DNA of 64,000 nt from Octopus bimaculoides (Eukaryota): contig NC_068987.1 in the NCBI RefSeq assembly GCF_001194135.2, forward strand, positions 89,417,245 to 89,481,244, in the 5' to 3' direction. Below the pieces are notes generated by a model. That model was not told the DNA's origin. It saw only the letters and a list, made by a program, of their open reading frames with translations, and searched no databases. The translations under genes were made by a program, and so were the position numbers. Of the stretch, positions 49,918 through 61,779 are shown in pieces (the stretch's first letter is position 1; every line of letters starts with the position of its first letter).

Positions 49918-50390
49918 CCATCATCATCATCATTCTAATGGCCACTTTGCATGCTTGCATGGGTCAGATGGAATTTGTTGAGGCAAATTTTCTACAACTG
50001 GATGCTCTTCCTGTCATGAACCTTTTGCTTCAAAGGAGAGTAATATTTCCTTATGGCCAGACATGTTTTCAAATGAAGGACACCACTTATATAATGGTGA
50101 CTCTCGTTTACAACTACCACAATGTCAAAGCAAGGAGACAGTAACACACACTTACACATATGTGTGTGTGCACGCACACACACATGCTCACGCACACATG
50201 CACGTGCGTGCACACACACACACACACTGAGGAGGCTCTTTCAGTTTCCATCTATGAAATCCTCTCACAAGGCTTTGGTTGGCCTGAGGCTATATAAAAG
50301 ACATTTGGCCCAAAGTGCCACAGAGTAGGACTGAACCTGAAATCATATGATTGGGAAGCAAACTTCTTACCACACAGCCATGACTGCACC
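49918..50390 (-). mobile_element. Family C head joined to an A2 tail
   Basis: C head at 50225-50390, (CA)n hinge, A2 tail at 49918-50148. Confidence 0.75.
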
Positions 50391-50450
50391 ACACACACAC
50401 ACACACGCACGCACGCACGCACGCATGCACGCACGCACGCACGCACACGC

Positions 50451-50481
<31 letters not shown>

Positions 50482-51083
50482 TGTGTATGTATGTATGTAT
50501 GTATATATATGTATGTATGTATATATTTCNNNNNNNNNNNNNNNNNNNNNNNNNNNNNNNNNNNNNNNNNNNNNNNNNNNNNNNNNNNNNNNNNNNNNNN
50601 NNNNNNNNNNNNNNNNNNNNNNNNNNNNNNNNNNNNNNNNNNNNNNNNNNNNNNNNNNNNNNNNNNNNNNNNNNNNNNNNNNNNNNNNNNNNNNNNNNNN
50701 NNNNNNNNNNNNNNNNNNNNNNNNNNNNNNNNNNNNNNNNNNNNNNNNNNNNNNNNNNNNNNNNNNNNNNNNNNNNNNNNNNNNNNNNNNNNNNNNNNNN
50801 NNNNNNNNNNNNNNNNNNNNNNNNNNNNNNNNNNNNNNNNNNNNNNNNNNNNNNNNNNNNNNNNNNNNNNNNNNNNNNNNNNNNNNNNNNNNNNNNNNNN
50901 NNNNNNNNNNNNNNNNNNNNNNNNNNNNNNNNNNNNNNNNNNNNNNNNNNNNNNNNNNNNNNNNNNNNNNNNNNNNNNNNNNNNNNNNNNNNNNNNNNNN
51001 NNNNNNNNNNNNNNNNNNNNNNNNNNNNNNNNNNNNNNNTCTCTCTCTCTCTCTCTCTCTCTCTCTAGCTATCTATCTATCTA

Positions 51084-51123
<40 letters not shown>

Positions 51124-51132
51124 CATACATAC

Positions 51133-51290
51133 ATGATGGGCTTCTTTCAGTTTCCATCTACCAAATTCACTCACAAGGCTTTGGTCAAGGCTATAATAGA
51201 AGATACTTGCCCAAGGTGCCACATAATGGAACTGAACATGGAACCATTTAGTTGGCAAGCAAACTTCTTACCACACAGCCATGGCTGCAC
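51133..51290 (-). mobile_element. Family C head
   Basis: GGGCTTCTTTCAGTTTCCATCTACCAAATTCACTCACAAGGC... Confidence 0.8.
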
Positions 51291-51865
51291 CACACACACA
51301 CACACACACACACAAGGAGATTAAGAAGTCCCGCTAGCATTTAAATGATACATAAAATTAAAAATGCTAAAAGGCTTTTAACATCGTTTTAACTTGACAT
51401 ATCAATATCAGAATTGTGTGGCAGAATATTTGGACAATGCTGTATCGTGCAATGGATTTGAAAAATTGTTTTTGGCAAGTTTGATGGCTAAATCTTATGT
51501 AGATATTATTTGAATAATATCCACTTTAGAAATTATAAGTTAATTCTGTCAGTATTTGTATTGTGGGGTGGTGGTGGTGGATATAATATATGCTAATCTG
51601 ATTTTTGCCTGGAGCTGTAGAACTTGTCAGAACTTGCAAGGAAATGTTAAGAAGGATTTAGGCACCACTCCTACGTTCTATTTTGCACACAACTACACAA
51701 GTAGCAGTGTGAGAAATGATCATGTTTTCTAGTTATTATTGGCTCTAAAATAGTTTCCAATGTAGCCATGGTTGATAAGGCTTGTTTTGTGATTTTGTTT
51801 CAGTGATTTTATTTATAATCGGTCAGCTTTTCCATCCAATTTGCTGGTAATATATTTAATGTTTC

Positions 51866-52296
51866 AAGGTGGCAAACTGGCAAAAACGTTAGCATGCTGG
51901 GCGAAATGCTTTGCAGTATTTCATCTGTCTTTATGTTCTGAGTTGACTTTGCCTTTCATCGTTTCTGAGTTGATAAATAAAGTACCAGTTGCGTACGGGG
52001 GTTGATCCAATCGACTGGCTCCCTCCCCAAAAATTTTGGGCCTTGTGCCTAAAGTAGAAAAGAATTATCATCTTGACAAAGGCGGCGAGCTGGCAGAAAC
52101 ATTAGCATGCCGGGTGAAACGCTTAGTGGTATTTCATCTGTCTTTACGTTCTGAGTTCAAATTCTGCCGAGGTCGACTTTTCTTTCCATCCTTTTGGGGT
52201 CGATAAATTAAGTACCAGATACGTACTGGGGTCAATCTAATTGACTGCCCCCTCCCTCCCCAAAAATTTCGAGCGTTATGCCTGGAGTAGAAAAGA
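51866..52296 (+). mobile_element. Two tandem family B SINEs
   Basis: Heads near 51866 and 52081, each with CATC.TTT..G.GT.GATAAAT.AAGTACCAG. Confidence 0.85.
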
Positions 52297-52379
52297 ATAT
52301 ATTTAATGTTTCATATAAAAAAAAATGTAACGGTTTAAGTATAAAGAAAACTAACTCACTTTATCATCACCATCTTCAT

Positions 52380-52740
52380 CATCATCATCACCTTCACCAT
52401 CATCATCATCATCATCATCATCACTTAATGCATGTTCTCTGTGCTAGCATGGGTTCGATGGTTTGACAAGAACTGGTAAGCCAGAAGGTTATGCCAAATT
52501 CTATTGTCTGTTTAAATTATATTGACATAACCTTTAGCTCTCCCATAACTTGCACTGATCAAATGTCATCGTCGTTCTCAAGCACAGCATATCGTCAAAG
52601 GTCTTGGTCATTTGTCATTGCCTCTGTGAGGCCCAACGGCTACGATCTCTTCATTTTTACATTTGGTTTGCAAGGTCCTTATTGTGAATCCATGTGTTTA
52701 AACAGACCTTGTATCTTGGGAAAGTCATCATTATGCCAAT
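52380..52740 (-). mobile_element. Family A-related repeat
   Basis: (CAT)n, TGTGCTAGCATGGGTT tail and upstream body. Confidence 0.6.
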
Positions 52741-53639
52741 AATGTGTGTCTTATCATTATTGGCATAATAATTCCCTGCCTCCAAGATCTCTCCATATAA
52801 CCATCTACAGTTAGTGTTGTATAGAAAATGGCTTTGACTAAAACATATTTCAGCTTCCTTGCCTTTAACAGTCTCTCTTTCTCTAATAATTATTTACAAC
52901 CTACACAGCTCATATCTCTCAATACTCATAGTTTCTAAAATTATAATCTTTCTGAAATAAATGGATAACAAAAAAAAACAACAAAATGCCATTAAGATTA
53001 CGCGAACTGACACTGGATTAAAAATGATCTTTTAAACGAATGCAACTGACTTTTTAGGTCAAACTTGATTAGGAAGATATTTATTTTAAGTAACTGTAAA
53101 AGTTGTGCACTGAGTTAATTTTTTATTGAATGTTTATTTTAGTTTTGAATTTTTAGATCTGATATTTAATTGCAGGACACACTAAAATGAGTGGAATCTA
53201 GCAAAAATTAGTTTAATTATAGCTTGTCACAACAACTCTTCACTACTTTAATTGTAACTTACCAAACACAGCTCTGTCAAGGGAACTTAAAATAAAACTT
53301 TAAAAGAAGCTTTCATGATGTAAACTGCTTTCATTTTCTCCTCTCAAAGATTAGAAATTTGAACGGATAGGGAATAGTAATTTAGGAATAGTATTTGTAG
53401 AGAATTTAAAATTACTAATTATTTACTTGAAAAAACAACAACTTGCTTTAAAGATCTTAAATTATAAATATAAATTATGAGTTGCAAAACAGTAATAAAA
53501 ATATAATTGATACGGTGATATCAACAGTTGTAAAACCATGTTTATTTCGTTTTAAATGTTATGCATTTTATTTGCAAATCTTATGAATACATAAAGTATA
53601 TATTATAACAATGTATATATAAACTATATAAGTGAATAA

Positions 53640-53857
53640 ATATATGTGTTGGTGCCATATAGAAAGCACCTGTGCCGGAGCTGTGTAAAAGCACCCAGTA
53701 CACTCTGTAGAGTGGTTGGTGTTAAGAAGGGCATCCAACCATAGAAACCATGCCAAAACAGACAAGGAGCCTGATCAGTCCTTCAGCTGGTCAGCTCCTG
53801 TCAAACTGTCCAGCCTGTGCCAACACGGAAAATGGACGTTAAATGATGATGATGATA
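53640..53857 (+). mobile_element. Family A repeat
   Basis: GAGTGGTTGGTGTTAAGAAGGGCATCC...GGACGTTAAATGATGATGAT. Confidence 0.8.
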
Positions 53858-54028
53858 TAAGCTATATATTATAATAGTGAATATGTAAACTACATTTAAA
53901 AATATTTATAAACCAGCTGCATGAAAAAAAAAAACAGTAGGTAGTTTTTTTCCCCCTTTTGATCCTTAGGGCTCATAAGATCAGTAACCCAATTTCCATG
54001 GTGTATAAGTGACCAAGATGACAACATA

Positions 54029-54292
54029 CCCTTTCAATGGGACACTGGTCCCTTGCAAGGACCCTTTCAATTGGACACTGGTCCCTTGTAAGGACCCTTT
54101 CAATTGGACACTGGTCCCTTGCAAGGACCCTTTCAATTGGACACTGGTCCCTTGCAAAGACCCTTTCAATTGGACACTGGTCCCTTACAAGGACCCTTTC
54201 AAAGGGACACTGGTCCCTTACAAGGACCCTTTCAAAGGGACACTGGTCCCTTGCAAAGACCCTTTCAACTGGACATTGGCCCCTTGTAAGGT
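54029..54292. repeat. Minisatellite, 8 x 33 bp
   Basis: Unit CCCTTTCAATTGGACACTGGTCCCTTGCAAGGA, head-to-tail with no spacers. Confidence 0.95.
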
Positions 54293-54709
54293 TCAAGGCC
54301 AGCAATATTCAGGAAAAGGTATAAAGTTGATTATATTGACATCACTACTTTATTTTGTCAACACCAAAAACAATGAAAGGCGAAGTTGACATTGGCAGGA
54401 TTTGAACTCAGAACCTAAAGTGTTGGAAGAAATGCCACAAAACATATTATCTGGCATGATAATGATTCCATCAGTTTGCCACCTTAACGATAATATATTT
54501 AATGTCAAGCTATTGTTTCTCTTCCAGAAACTCTAAATCATTTCTCTAAGTGATTCTAATTTTCTACACCAGCCTTTGTACACTTTTTTTCAATATAAAT
54601 TCTTGATTCTTCCATTGTTACTTCGGTGGGTTTGGTGACTTCTATTGTGGATGAAGTTATAAGACTTAAACACATCTGGAGTTGTCGCCCATATCTGCAG
54701 TTATAATTG

Positions 54710-54922
54710 GTTCCAAATTTTGGCAAAAGGCCAGCAATTTTCAGAGGAGGGAGTAAGCCGATTACATCAACCCCAATGCTTGACTGGTACTTATTTTATC
54801 GACCCCAAAAGGATGAAAGACAAAGTCAACACCAGCAGCATTTGAACTCAGAATGTAAAGACAGATGAAATGCTGTTAAGCATTTTGCCTTGTGTCCTAA
54901 CGAATCTGCCAGCTCTCTACCT
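54710..54922 (-). mobile_element. Family B SINE
   Basis: Reverse complement of the family B sequence. Confidence 0.8.
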
Positions 54923-55423
54923 TAATTTACTGAAATAATTAAAATATTTGTTTTTTCCTCACTGCATAATTATTTCTAATTAGCTTTTTAATGATTCCTG
55001 CAATTAAATATGTTGACACTAGCCATACAACCATCTTGTTGACACTAAAATTAATTGATATTTGTATCTCAACTCAAATCTTGATGTATTAATTGTAAAT
55101 TGATACAGTAAAGATTCAGTTCATACAAAATTGGTATCTAAATGTCTAAATTTTAATAATTCTTCAAGAAAGTAAGTTGGAACAGTTCCACTCTTGTTTG
55201 AAACTTTGTTGCTAACAAGAAAAATATTTTCACTGAAAATGACCTAAAATACAATTTTTATATCAAATTCAATATAATTCATTTTTTATACTCTCTGTAT
55301 AAATATTTTTTAATTTTTGGTATTATGACTTCAAGCTAAACTATGAAGAAATCGACTATGATTGCTTAAATTTGCTAAATTGATTGAAAAATGCATTTAT
55401 CAAAAATATATTTTCCTGTTTAG

Positions 55424-55441
55424 AGTTGAGCCATAGTTCAG
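55424..55441 (+). CDS. Candidate 18-nt phase-1 microexon (ELSHSS)
   Basis: TATTTTCCTGTTTAG acceptor and CAG|GTAAGT donor; only phase 1 is open, matching the 25742 donor. Confidence 0.3.
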
Positions 55442-55644
55442 GTAAGTTAGAATATTTGATATGACCAACTTCATAACATGGATGAGCTAACGATCTTTAA
55501 TTGGTTAATTGATAAACTTCCATGACATAGATCTATTAGCAAGCTTACTCAGAAAGGAATATCACTATTAATGTGATAAATAGTCTTGTGTGTGTGTGTG
55601 CACGTGTGGGTATATATGTAAGAAATAACGCTATCTTTATTTTT

Positions 55645-55815
55645 GATCTTTTACTTGTTTCACTCATTAGACTGTGGCCATGCTGGGGCACTACCTTGAG
55701 GGTTTAGTCAAACAAATCAACCACAGTTGATTTTTTTTCTTTTAAAGCCAGTCCCTTATTCTATTGGTCTCTTTTTGCCAAACAGCAACAAATTCATTCA
55801 TAGGGCTTTGGTCAA
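55645..55815 (-). mobile_element. Family C tail
   Basis: TTTTACTTGTTTCACTCATTAGACTGTGGCCATGCTGGGGCAC. Confidence 0.75.
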
Positions 55816-56966
55816 TTTGGAGCTATACTCTTCCATATATCTGGTAGACTTACAAGGTCCCTCTTCCAAAATTCACTTGTCCGTGATGAAAAATACTATT
55901 CCAGTACTGTTCTTACCTCATCTACACAATTCATATCTTTACCATCCAAATGATTTTGAAACTGCGGAATAAATGATGATCAGATGGGGCAATGTCCAGC
56001 GAATATGGTGGGTGGGGCATCATTTCCCTTTCAAACTGTTCCAGCATTTGGAATGTCATCCTTGCCAAATGTGGCTGAGCATTATTTCTGATGGAAGAAC
56101 ACCATTCATCTTGAAACCAAAGTTGGTTGTTTTTCTTCTAGCGCTGACTTATGCTGCTCGCAGTAGATCTCCTTTGTTATCGTTTGGTTTGGGTTTAAAA
56201 GTTCAAAGTGAACTCCCACCAAACAGATAACAACACCTTACATGGGTGAAGACCTTCTTTAGCCTGGGGTGCCGGTGTTTTTCCTTTCCCTACCCACTGT
56301 CTTTGGTGCTTGACATTTTTATAGAGAACTCATTTCTCGTGACCAATCACTATTTGGTCCAAAAAAGGTTCATTCATGAGACTTGACAGCAAAGAAGAGC
56401 ACATTTTTCACTCTGCACGTGGTTAGACTCGGGAAGTTTGTGAGCAACCCATTGACCCAATTTTCTAACTCATCTGATTGGCATGCAGATGTTGATGAAT
56501 GGTTGAATGACCAAATCCAAGCTTCTCTGCTAGTTCTTCAACAGTTACAATGAGATTTTGTTTCACCAGGGTTTGCAGAACATCCTTGTGGAGCTATACA
56601 GATCTGCTAGGATGAGGCTCGTCTTCTAGGCTGTAGTTTCCGGCTTGGAATTTCTGGAACCACCATTGACACTGGCTTAACGTTTATTGTCTGATCCCTA
56701 TATACTGCATTAATATTCCTTGCACTTTCCGTTGCTTTGTTGCCTTTATTGAACTCATAAAGCAAAATATGCCAAATATGCTCCTTTCTCCATTATACCT
56801 TTGAAAAAATAATTCTAAAAATCGAACTGCACTCTTCAAAACTTGCACTAAGAATAAGGATAAGATAAAATTACTACCTGCTTTTATAGCAAGTTTTTGC
56901 AGGTAGTTTATCCTGTCCCCCTCCAACTTTTAGTTCATGCAATTGAAAAAACTGCATTATTTATGT
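55815..56966 (-). pseudogene. Mariner transposase pseudogene (near full length, same family as 11818-12435)
   Basis: HTH N-terminus, PHPPYSLDIAPSDHHLFR motif and C-terminus; frameshifts and stops. Confidence 0.85.
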
Positions 56967-56999
56967 AAAAAAAAAAATCAATGATTCCAAATTACCATA

Positions 57000-57395
57000 C
57001 AGGCACAGGTCTGGTTGTGTGTTAAGAAGCTTGCTTCCCAACTACATGGCTCTGGGTTCGGTTCCACTGCGGGGCACCTTGGGCAAGTGTCTTCTACTAT
57101 AGCTTCAGGTCAGCCAAAGCCTTGTGAATGGATTTGGTAGACGGAAACTGAAAGAAGCCTGTTGTATGTGTGATATGTGTGTGTGTCATTGTGTCAGCAT
57201 TTATTCCCCACTACTACTTGACAACTGGTGTTGGTTTGTTTATATCCCCATAACTTAACAGTCCAGCAAAAGACACCGAGAGAATAAGTACCAGGTTTAA
57301 AAAACAATAAATACTGTGGGCGATTCATTCAACTAAAAATTCTTCAAGGTGGTGCCCCAGCATGGCCACAGTCTAATGACTGAAACAAGTAAAAC
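57000..57395 (+). mobile_element. Family C SINE, full
   Basis: Head, (TG)n hinge and tail GGTGGTGCCCCAGCATGGCCACAGTCTAATGACTGAAACAAG. Confidence 0.85.
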
Positions 57396-57536
57396 CAATA
57401 AATGATATACTTTTGAATGATATTGTTACGTTTACAATGCAACCCTGGACACACTCTTTTTTCCACTGCATCCATTGTGTCTATTGAACAACCAGTTGTT
57501 GGGATGTAGTGGAGTATACAGTGTGTGTAGTATATA

Positions 57537-57588
<52 letters not shown>

Positions 57589-57811
57589 TATATATAATAG
57601 TGCATAGAATTGATTAAAGGTGACACATTGCTTTTAAAATGAAAAAAAGTGAACAAACCAGTTTACACAAATGAAAAGAGAGACAAACAGACAGACACAC
57701 TGAAAAAGATCAAAGCCCATTGTGATATTGAATATTATGATATAGAACCTGTTTGTGAGTGTATATACTAAAATACTAAATACAATATACATACATACAT
57801 ATATATCTATA

Positions 57812-57967
57812 AGTGTGGCTGTGTGGTATGAAGCTTACTTCCCAACCACATGGTTCTGGGTTCAGTCCCACTGTGTGGCACCTTGGTCAAGTGTCTTCTA
57901 CTATAGTCTCAGGCTGGCAAAAGCCGTGTGAGTGAATTTGGTAGACGGAAACTGAAAGAAGCTCATC

Positions 57968-58020
<53 letters not shown>

Positions 58021-58250
58021 TGTATGTATGTGCTTGTTGTTTCTGTTTGTGTTTGTCCCCCACCACCACTGCTTGACAACCAATGTTGGTGTGTTTACAT
58101 CCTCGTCACTTAGCAATTCAGCAAAAAGAGGCCGCTAGAATAAGTACTGGGCTTACAAAGAATAAGTCCTGGAGTCGATTTATCAACTAAAGGTGATGCT
58201 CCGGTGTGGCCACAATCAAATGACTGAAACAAGCAAAAGAATAAAAGAAT
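57812..58250 (+). mobile_element. Family C SINE, full
   Basis: Head, (AT)n hinge and tail. Confidence 0.85.
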
Positions 58251-58254
58251 ATAT

Positions 58255-59000
58255 ATATATAAATACAAAATGGGACAAGAGCGCAAAACATCCCAACAGT
58301 TAGGTGATACAAAAATGGGACAACAAAGCATCCAGAGAGACGATACAAAGAAAACAAGGACAGGTCGTTTGAAGTTTTCTTTCCTCAGCTGAGTACCAGA
58401 TTATCTTCGCAATTTCAGCTGATTATACTCGAGATTGCTCCAATCTGGCCAGCCCCAAGGAAAAACTAAGTTAAGAGCATTAGATTCCTTGGAAGAAAGC
58501 AGCAAATGTATACAAAAACAAGGACGGAAAAAAACGGATAATGTTACACAAATACAATAAAAATAATAACAGGACATAACAACAGGTGTCTTTTGACTAA
58601 GGACGAATTAAATTAAGCTGGCATGTGTGGAATACAAGATTTCACAGGCACAGGGAGGAATATCAATGTTACACGGACAACAGCCAGACCAAAGAAAGAA
58701 AGATCAGGCTAGGCCAAACGCTGGTCACGGGGGAAGAGAAGAGAGAGAGAGGTAGAGGCAGAGGGACAGAAGAATTAAGGAGGGGCAAGAAAAAATGACA
58801 GGGACATAATAAATATATTTTGTCAGTGAACAGGTCGCGGTCTCAAAGCGATGATAATATTTTGGCAAATTAAATTTAAATGTTGAAGTGAATCTAACGG
58901 TTTCTGTGTGTTTCTTAAATGGCTTATAAACACCTTCCATGCTGCAATCATTTTCGTTCCAGCACACAATCTCAGATCAGGTCACTTGCTATGCAAGTAC
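58255..59000. repeat. Probable interspersed repeat (PLE-pLTR-like)
   Basis: Recognised from memory only; no second copy in the window. Confidence 0.3.
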
Positions 59001-59009
59001 ATCTCTGTA

Positions 59010-59348
59010 ATACAGGAGGAGACCCCCTTCAGTCATGAATGACCATGGCATTGCACATAGAAAGTTACCCTCTGAGGCACAAGACCAGGCAAGTTTGTTT
59101 ATGGAAGGCCAGCAGACGCCCATGTATACCAGCCTCCTCTTCTCAATACCACTGATGTTATCCAAGGGAAAGGCAAAGGGGCCGATACAGCTTTGGAACC
59201 AGTGATGTCACAACTCATTTCTACAGCTGAGGGAACTGAAGCAACGTGAAGTAAAGTGTCTTGCTCAAGAACACAACTCACAGCCCGGTCCAGGAATCAA
59301 ACTCAAAACAACACGCTCATAACCTCAATGCTCTAACCACTGAGCCAT

Positions 59349-59352
<4 letters not shown>
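59010..59352 (-). mobile_element. Family F-type tRNA SINE
   Basis: Minus strand GCGCATGGCTCAGTGGTTAGAGCA A box, GAGTTTGATTCC B box, TGTGTTCTTGAGCAAGACACTTTACTTCACG core. Confidence 0.8.
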
Positions 59353-59400
<48 letters not shown>

Positions 59401-59999
59401 NNNNNNNNNNNNNNNNNNNNNNNNNNNNNNNNNNNNNNNNNNNNNNNNNNNNNNNNNNNNNNNNNNNNNNNNNNNNNNNNNNNNNNNNNNNNNNNNNNNN
59501 NNNNNNNNNNNNNNNNNNNNNNNNNNNNNNNNNNNNNNNNNNNNNNNNNNNNNNNNNNNNNNNNNNNNNNNNNNNNNNNNNNNNNNNNNNNNNNNNNNNN
59601 NNNNNNNNNNNNNNNNNNNNNNNNNNNNNNNNNNNNNNNNNNNNNNNNNNNNNNNNNNNNNNNNNNNNNNNNNNNNNNNNNNNNNNNNNNNNNNNNNNNN
59701 NNNNNNNNNNNNNNNNNNNNNNNNNNNNNNNNNNNNNNNNNNNNNNNNNNNNNNNNNNNNNNNNNNNNNNNNNNNNNNNNNNNNNNNNNNNNNNNNNNNN
59801 NNNNNNNNNNNNNNNNNNNNCATATATATATATATTATATGCAAACAATAATCTATTCATGCTAAATCTTTCAGGTTTCCACTCTGGTGTTTTGTAGGCA
59901 GATAACTTATCAAGTACATTCGAATCGCACTCTGTTTAACTGTGTGTGTGTGTGTGTCTTTATCAGTGTATGTGTTCAAATGTGTGTGCTATGCCTGTG

Positions 60000-60450
60000 T
60001 TTCTCTTTTTATCTTTCCACTCTGTCACACTTTCTTTCCTTTCTCACACTCCCCCTCCACTCCCCCCCTTGTTTTTTATTCTTTTGTCGCCTCCATTTGT
60101 CCTCCCCCCCTCTCTCCTTTTCTCTCGCTCTTTTATACTCTCTCCTTCCCTCCCCCACCGCCTTGTATGAATGTCCCTTTGTCTCACCTGTCTTCTCTCC
60201 TCTTTCATGCATGTATGTTTCTTCTCTCTCTTGCATCAGTCTTCTCCCTTGCATGCTACTTTCTCCTCTTTTTCTCCTTTCTCTCCTCTTTCTCTCTCTC
60301 TCCTCTTTCTCTCCTCTTTCTCTCTCTCTCTCTCCTCTTTCTCTCTCCCTTGAACCATTGCTATCGCACTCATACCTCCTCTCACTTCTTGTCTTCACTC
60401 TCTCTCTCTCTATCTCCCATAGTTTTCTCTCTCTTTCTCACTTTTACCTA
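60000..60450. repeat. Imperfect (CT)n polypyrimidine tract
   Basis: Low complexity; the L/S/F-rich ORFs are artefacts. Confidence 0.9.
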
Positions 60451-60702
60451 ATATGTAATCAATATTGATGTTTATTATCCATTAAACACAGCTATTGGTT
60501 CAGTTTATCACAAGCTCACTCTCTCACACACACGCGCGCGCTTCTACATGTGTGTATAAAATGTATTATTTATTACCTACGAAGGTACATAAGTGGCTCA
60601 AGAGTCTATGGCTCCATACCATACCTCATGCCAAAATATACAAGATTAAAACAATAATATGTATGTTTAATGTATGTGCGTGGTGTGTGTGTATGTGTGT
60701 GC

Positions 60703-60738
<36 letters not shown>

Positions 60739-60778
60739 GTTTAATGTCCATTTTACATGCTGGTTTGGGTTGGGCCTT

Positions 60779-60834
<56 letters not shown>

Positions 60835-60985
60835 AGGAGTGGTTATGTGGGAAGTAGCTTGCTTACCAACCACAGGGTTCAGTCCCACTGCATGGCACCT
60901 TGGGCAACTGTCTTCTACTACAGCCTCAGGCCAACCAAAGCCTTGTGAGTGGATTTGGTAGATGGAAACTGAAAGAAGCCCGTCG
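60835..60985 (+). mobile_element. Family C head
   Basis: GGAGTGGTTATGTGG...GGGTTCAGTCCC...GAAGCCCGTCG. Confidence 0.8.
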
Positions 60986-61067
60986 TGTGTATATATATAT
61001 ATATATATATGCTTTCGGTGTGAATGGTTTTGTTATAGGGTGCCATATTTTACAATTCTGTGAATAA

Positions 61068-61280
61068 TAATAATGGTATTTATATAAGCTTAAAGCTTAT
61101 GGCGATCACTGTGCAATGACTAAGGAAAATAGTCTAATAATGGGGCATATAAGCCCACTCGGATAGGAAAGCCTTCTTTTTTTCTGTGGAGGGCTTATAT
61201 GCTCCTTTATTAGACTATTTTCCTTAGTCATTGCACGGTGATCACTATAAGCTTTAAGCTTATATAAAAATACCATTATT
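61068..61280. repeat. Foldback palindrome (MITE-like)
   Basis: Arms of about 88 bp AATAATGGTATT...GCATATAAGCCC and GGGCTTATATGC...AATACCATTATT with a short spacer. Confidence 0.85.
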
Positions 61281-61287
61281 AATATAT

Positions 61288-61460
61288 ATCATCATCATCA
61301 TCATCATCGTTTAACGTCCACCTTCCATACTAGCATGGGTTGGACGATTTGACTGAGGACTGGTGAAACCAGATGGCTACACCAGGCTCCAATCTGATCT
61401 GGCAGTGTTTCTATAGCTGGATGCCCTTCCTAACGCCAACCACTCCGAGACTGTAGTGGG

Positions 61461-61465
<5 letters not shown>
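61288..61465 (-). mobile_element. Family A repeat
   Basis: Near-exact reverse complement of 1-156. Confidence 0.85.
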
Positions 61466-61505
<40 letters not shown>

Positions 61506-61661
61506 NNNNNNNNNNNNNNNNNNNNNNNNNNNNNNNNNNNNNNNNNNNNNNNNNNNNNNNNNNNNNNNNNNNNNNNNNNNNNNNNNNNNNNNNNNNNNNN
61601 NNNNNNNNNNNNNNNNNNNNNNNNNNNNNNNNNNNNNNNNNNNNNNNNNNNNNNNNNNNNN

Positions 61662-61716
<55 letters not shown>

Positions 61717-61779
61717 TGCCTGCTTGAACAAAGCAAACAGGAGAAATTGAACTCAGAACATGAGTATTTATCTAAAGGT

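Noticed and set aside
50390-50526. About 135-bp alternating purine-pyrimidine run (Z-DNA potential)
   Set aside because: Ordinary compound microsatellite, common throughout the window
54029-54292. CRISPR array
   Set aside because: Repeats are contiguous with no unique spacers, there are no cas genes, and the context is eukaryotic
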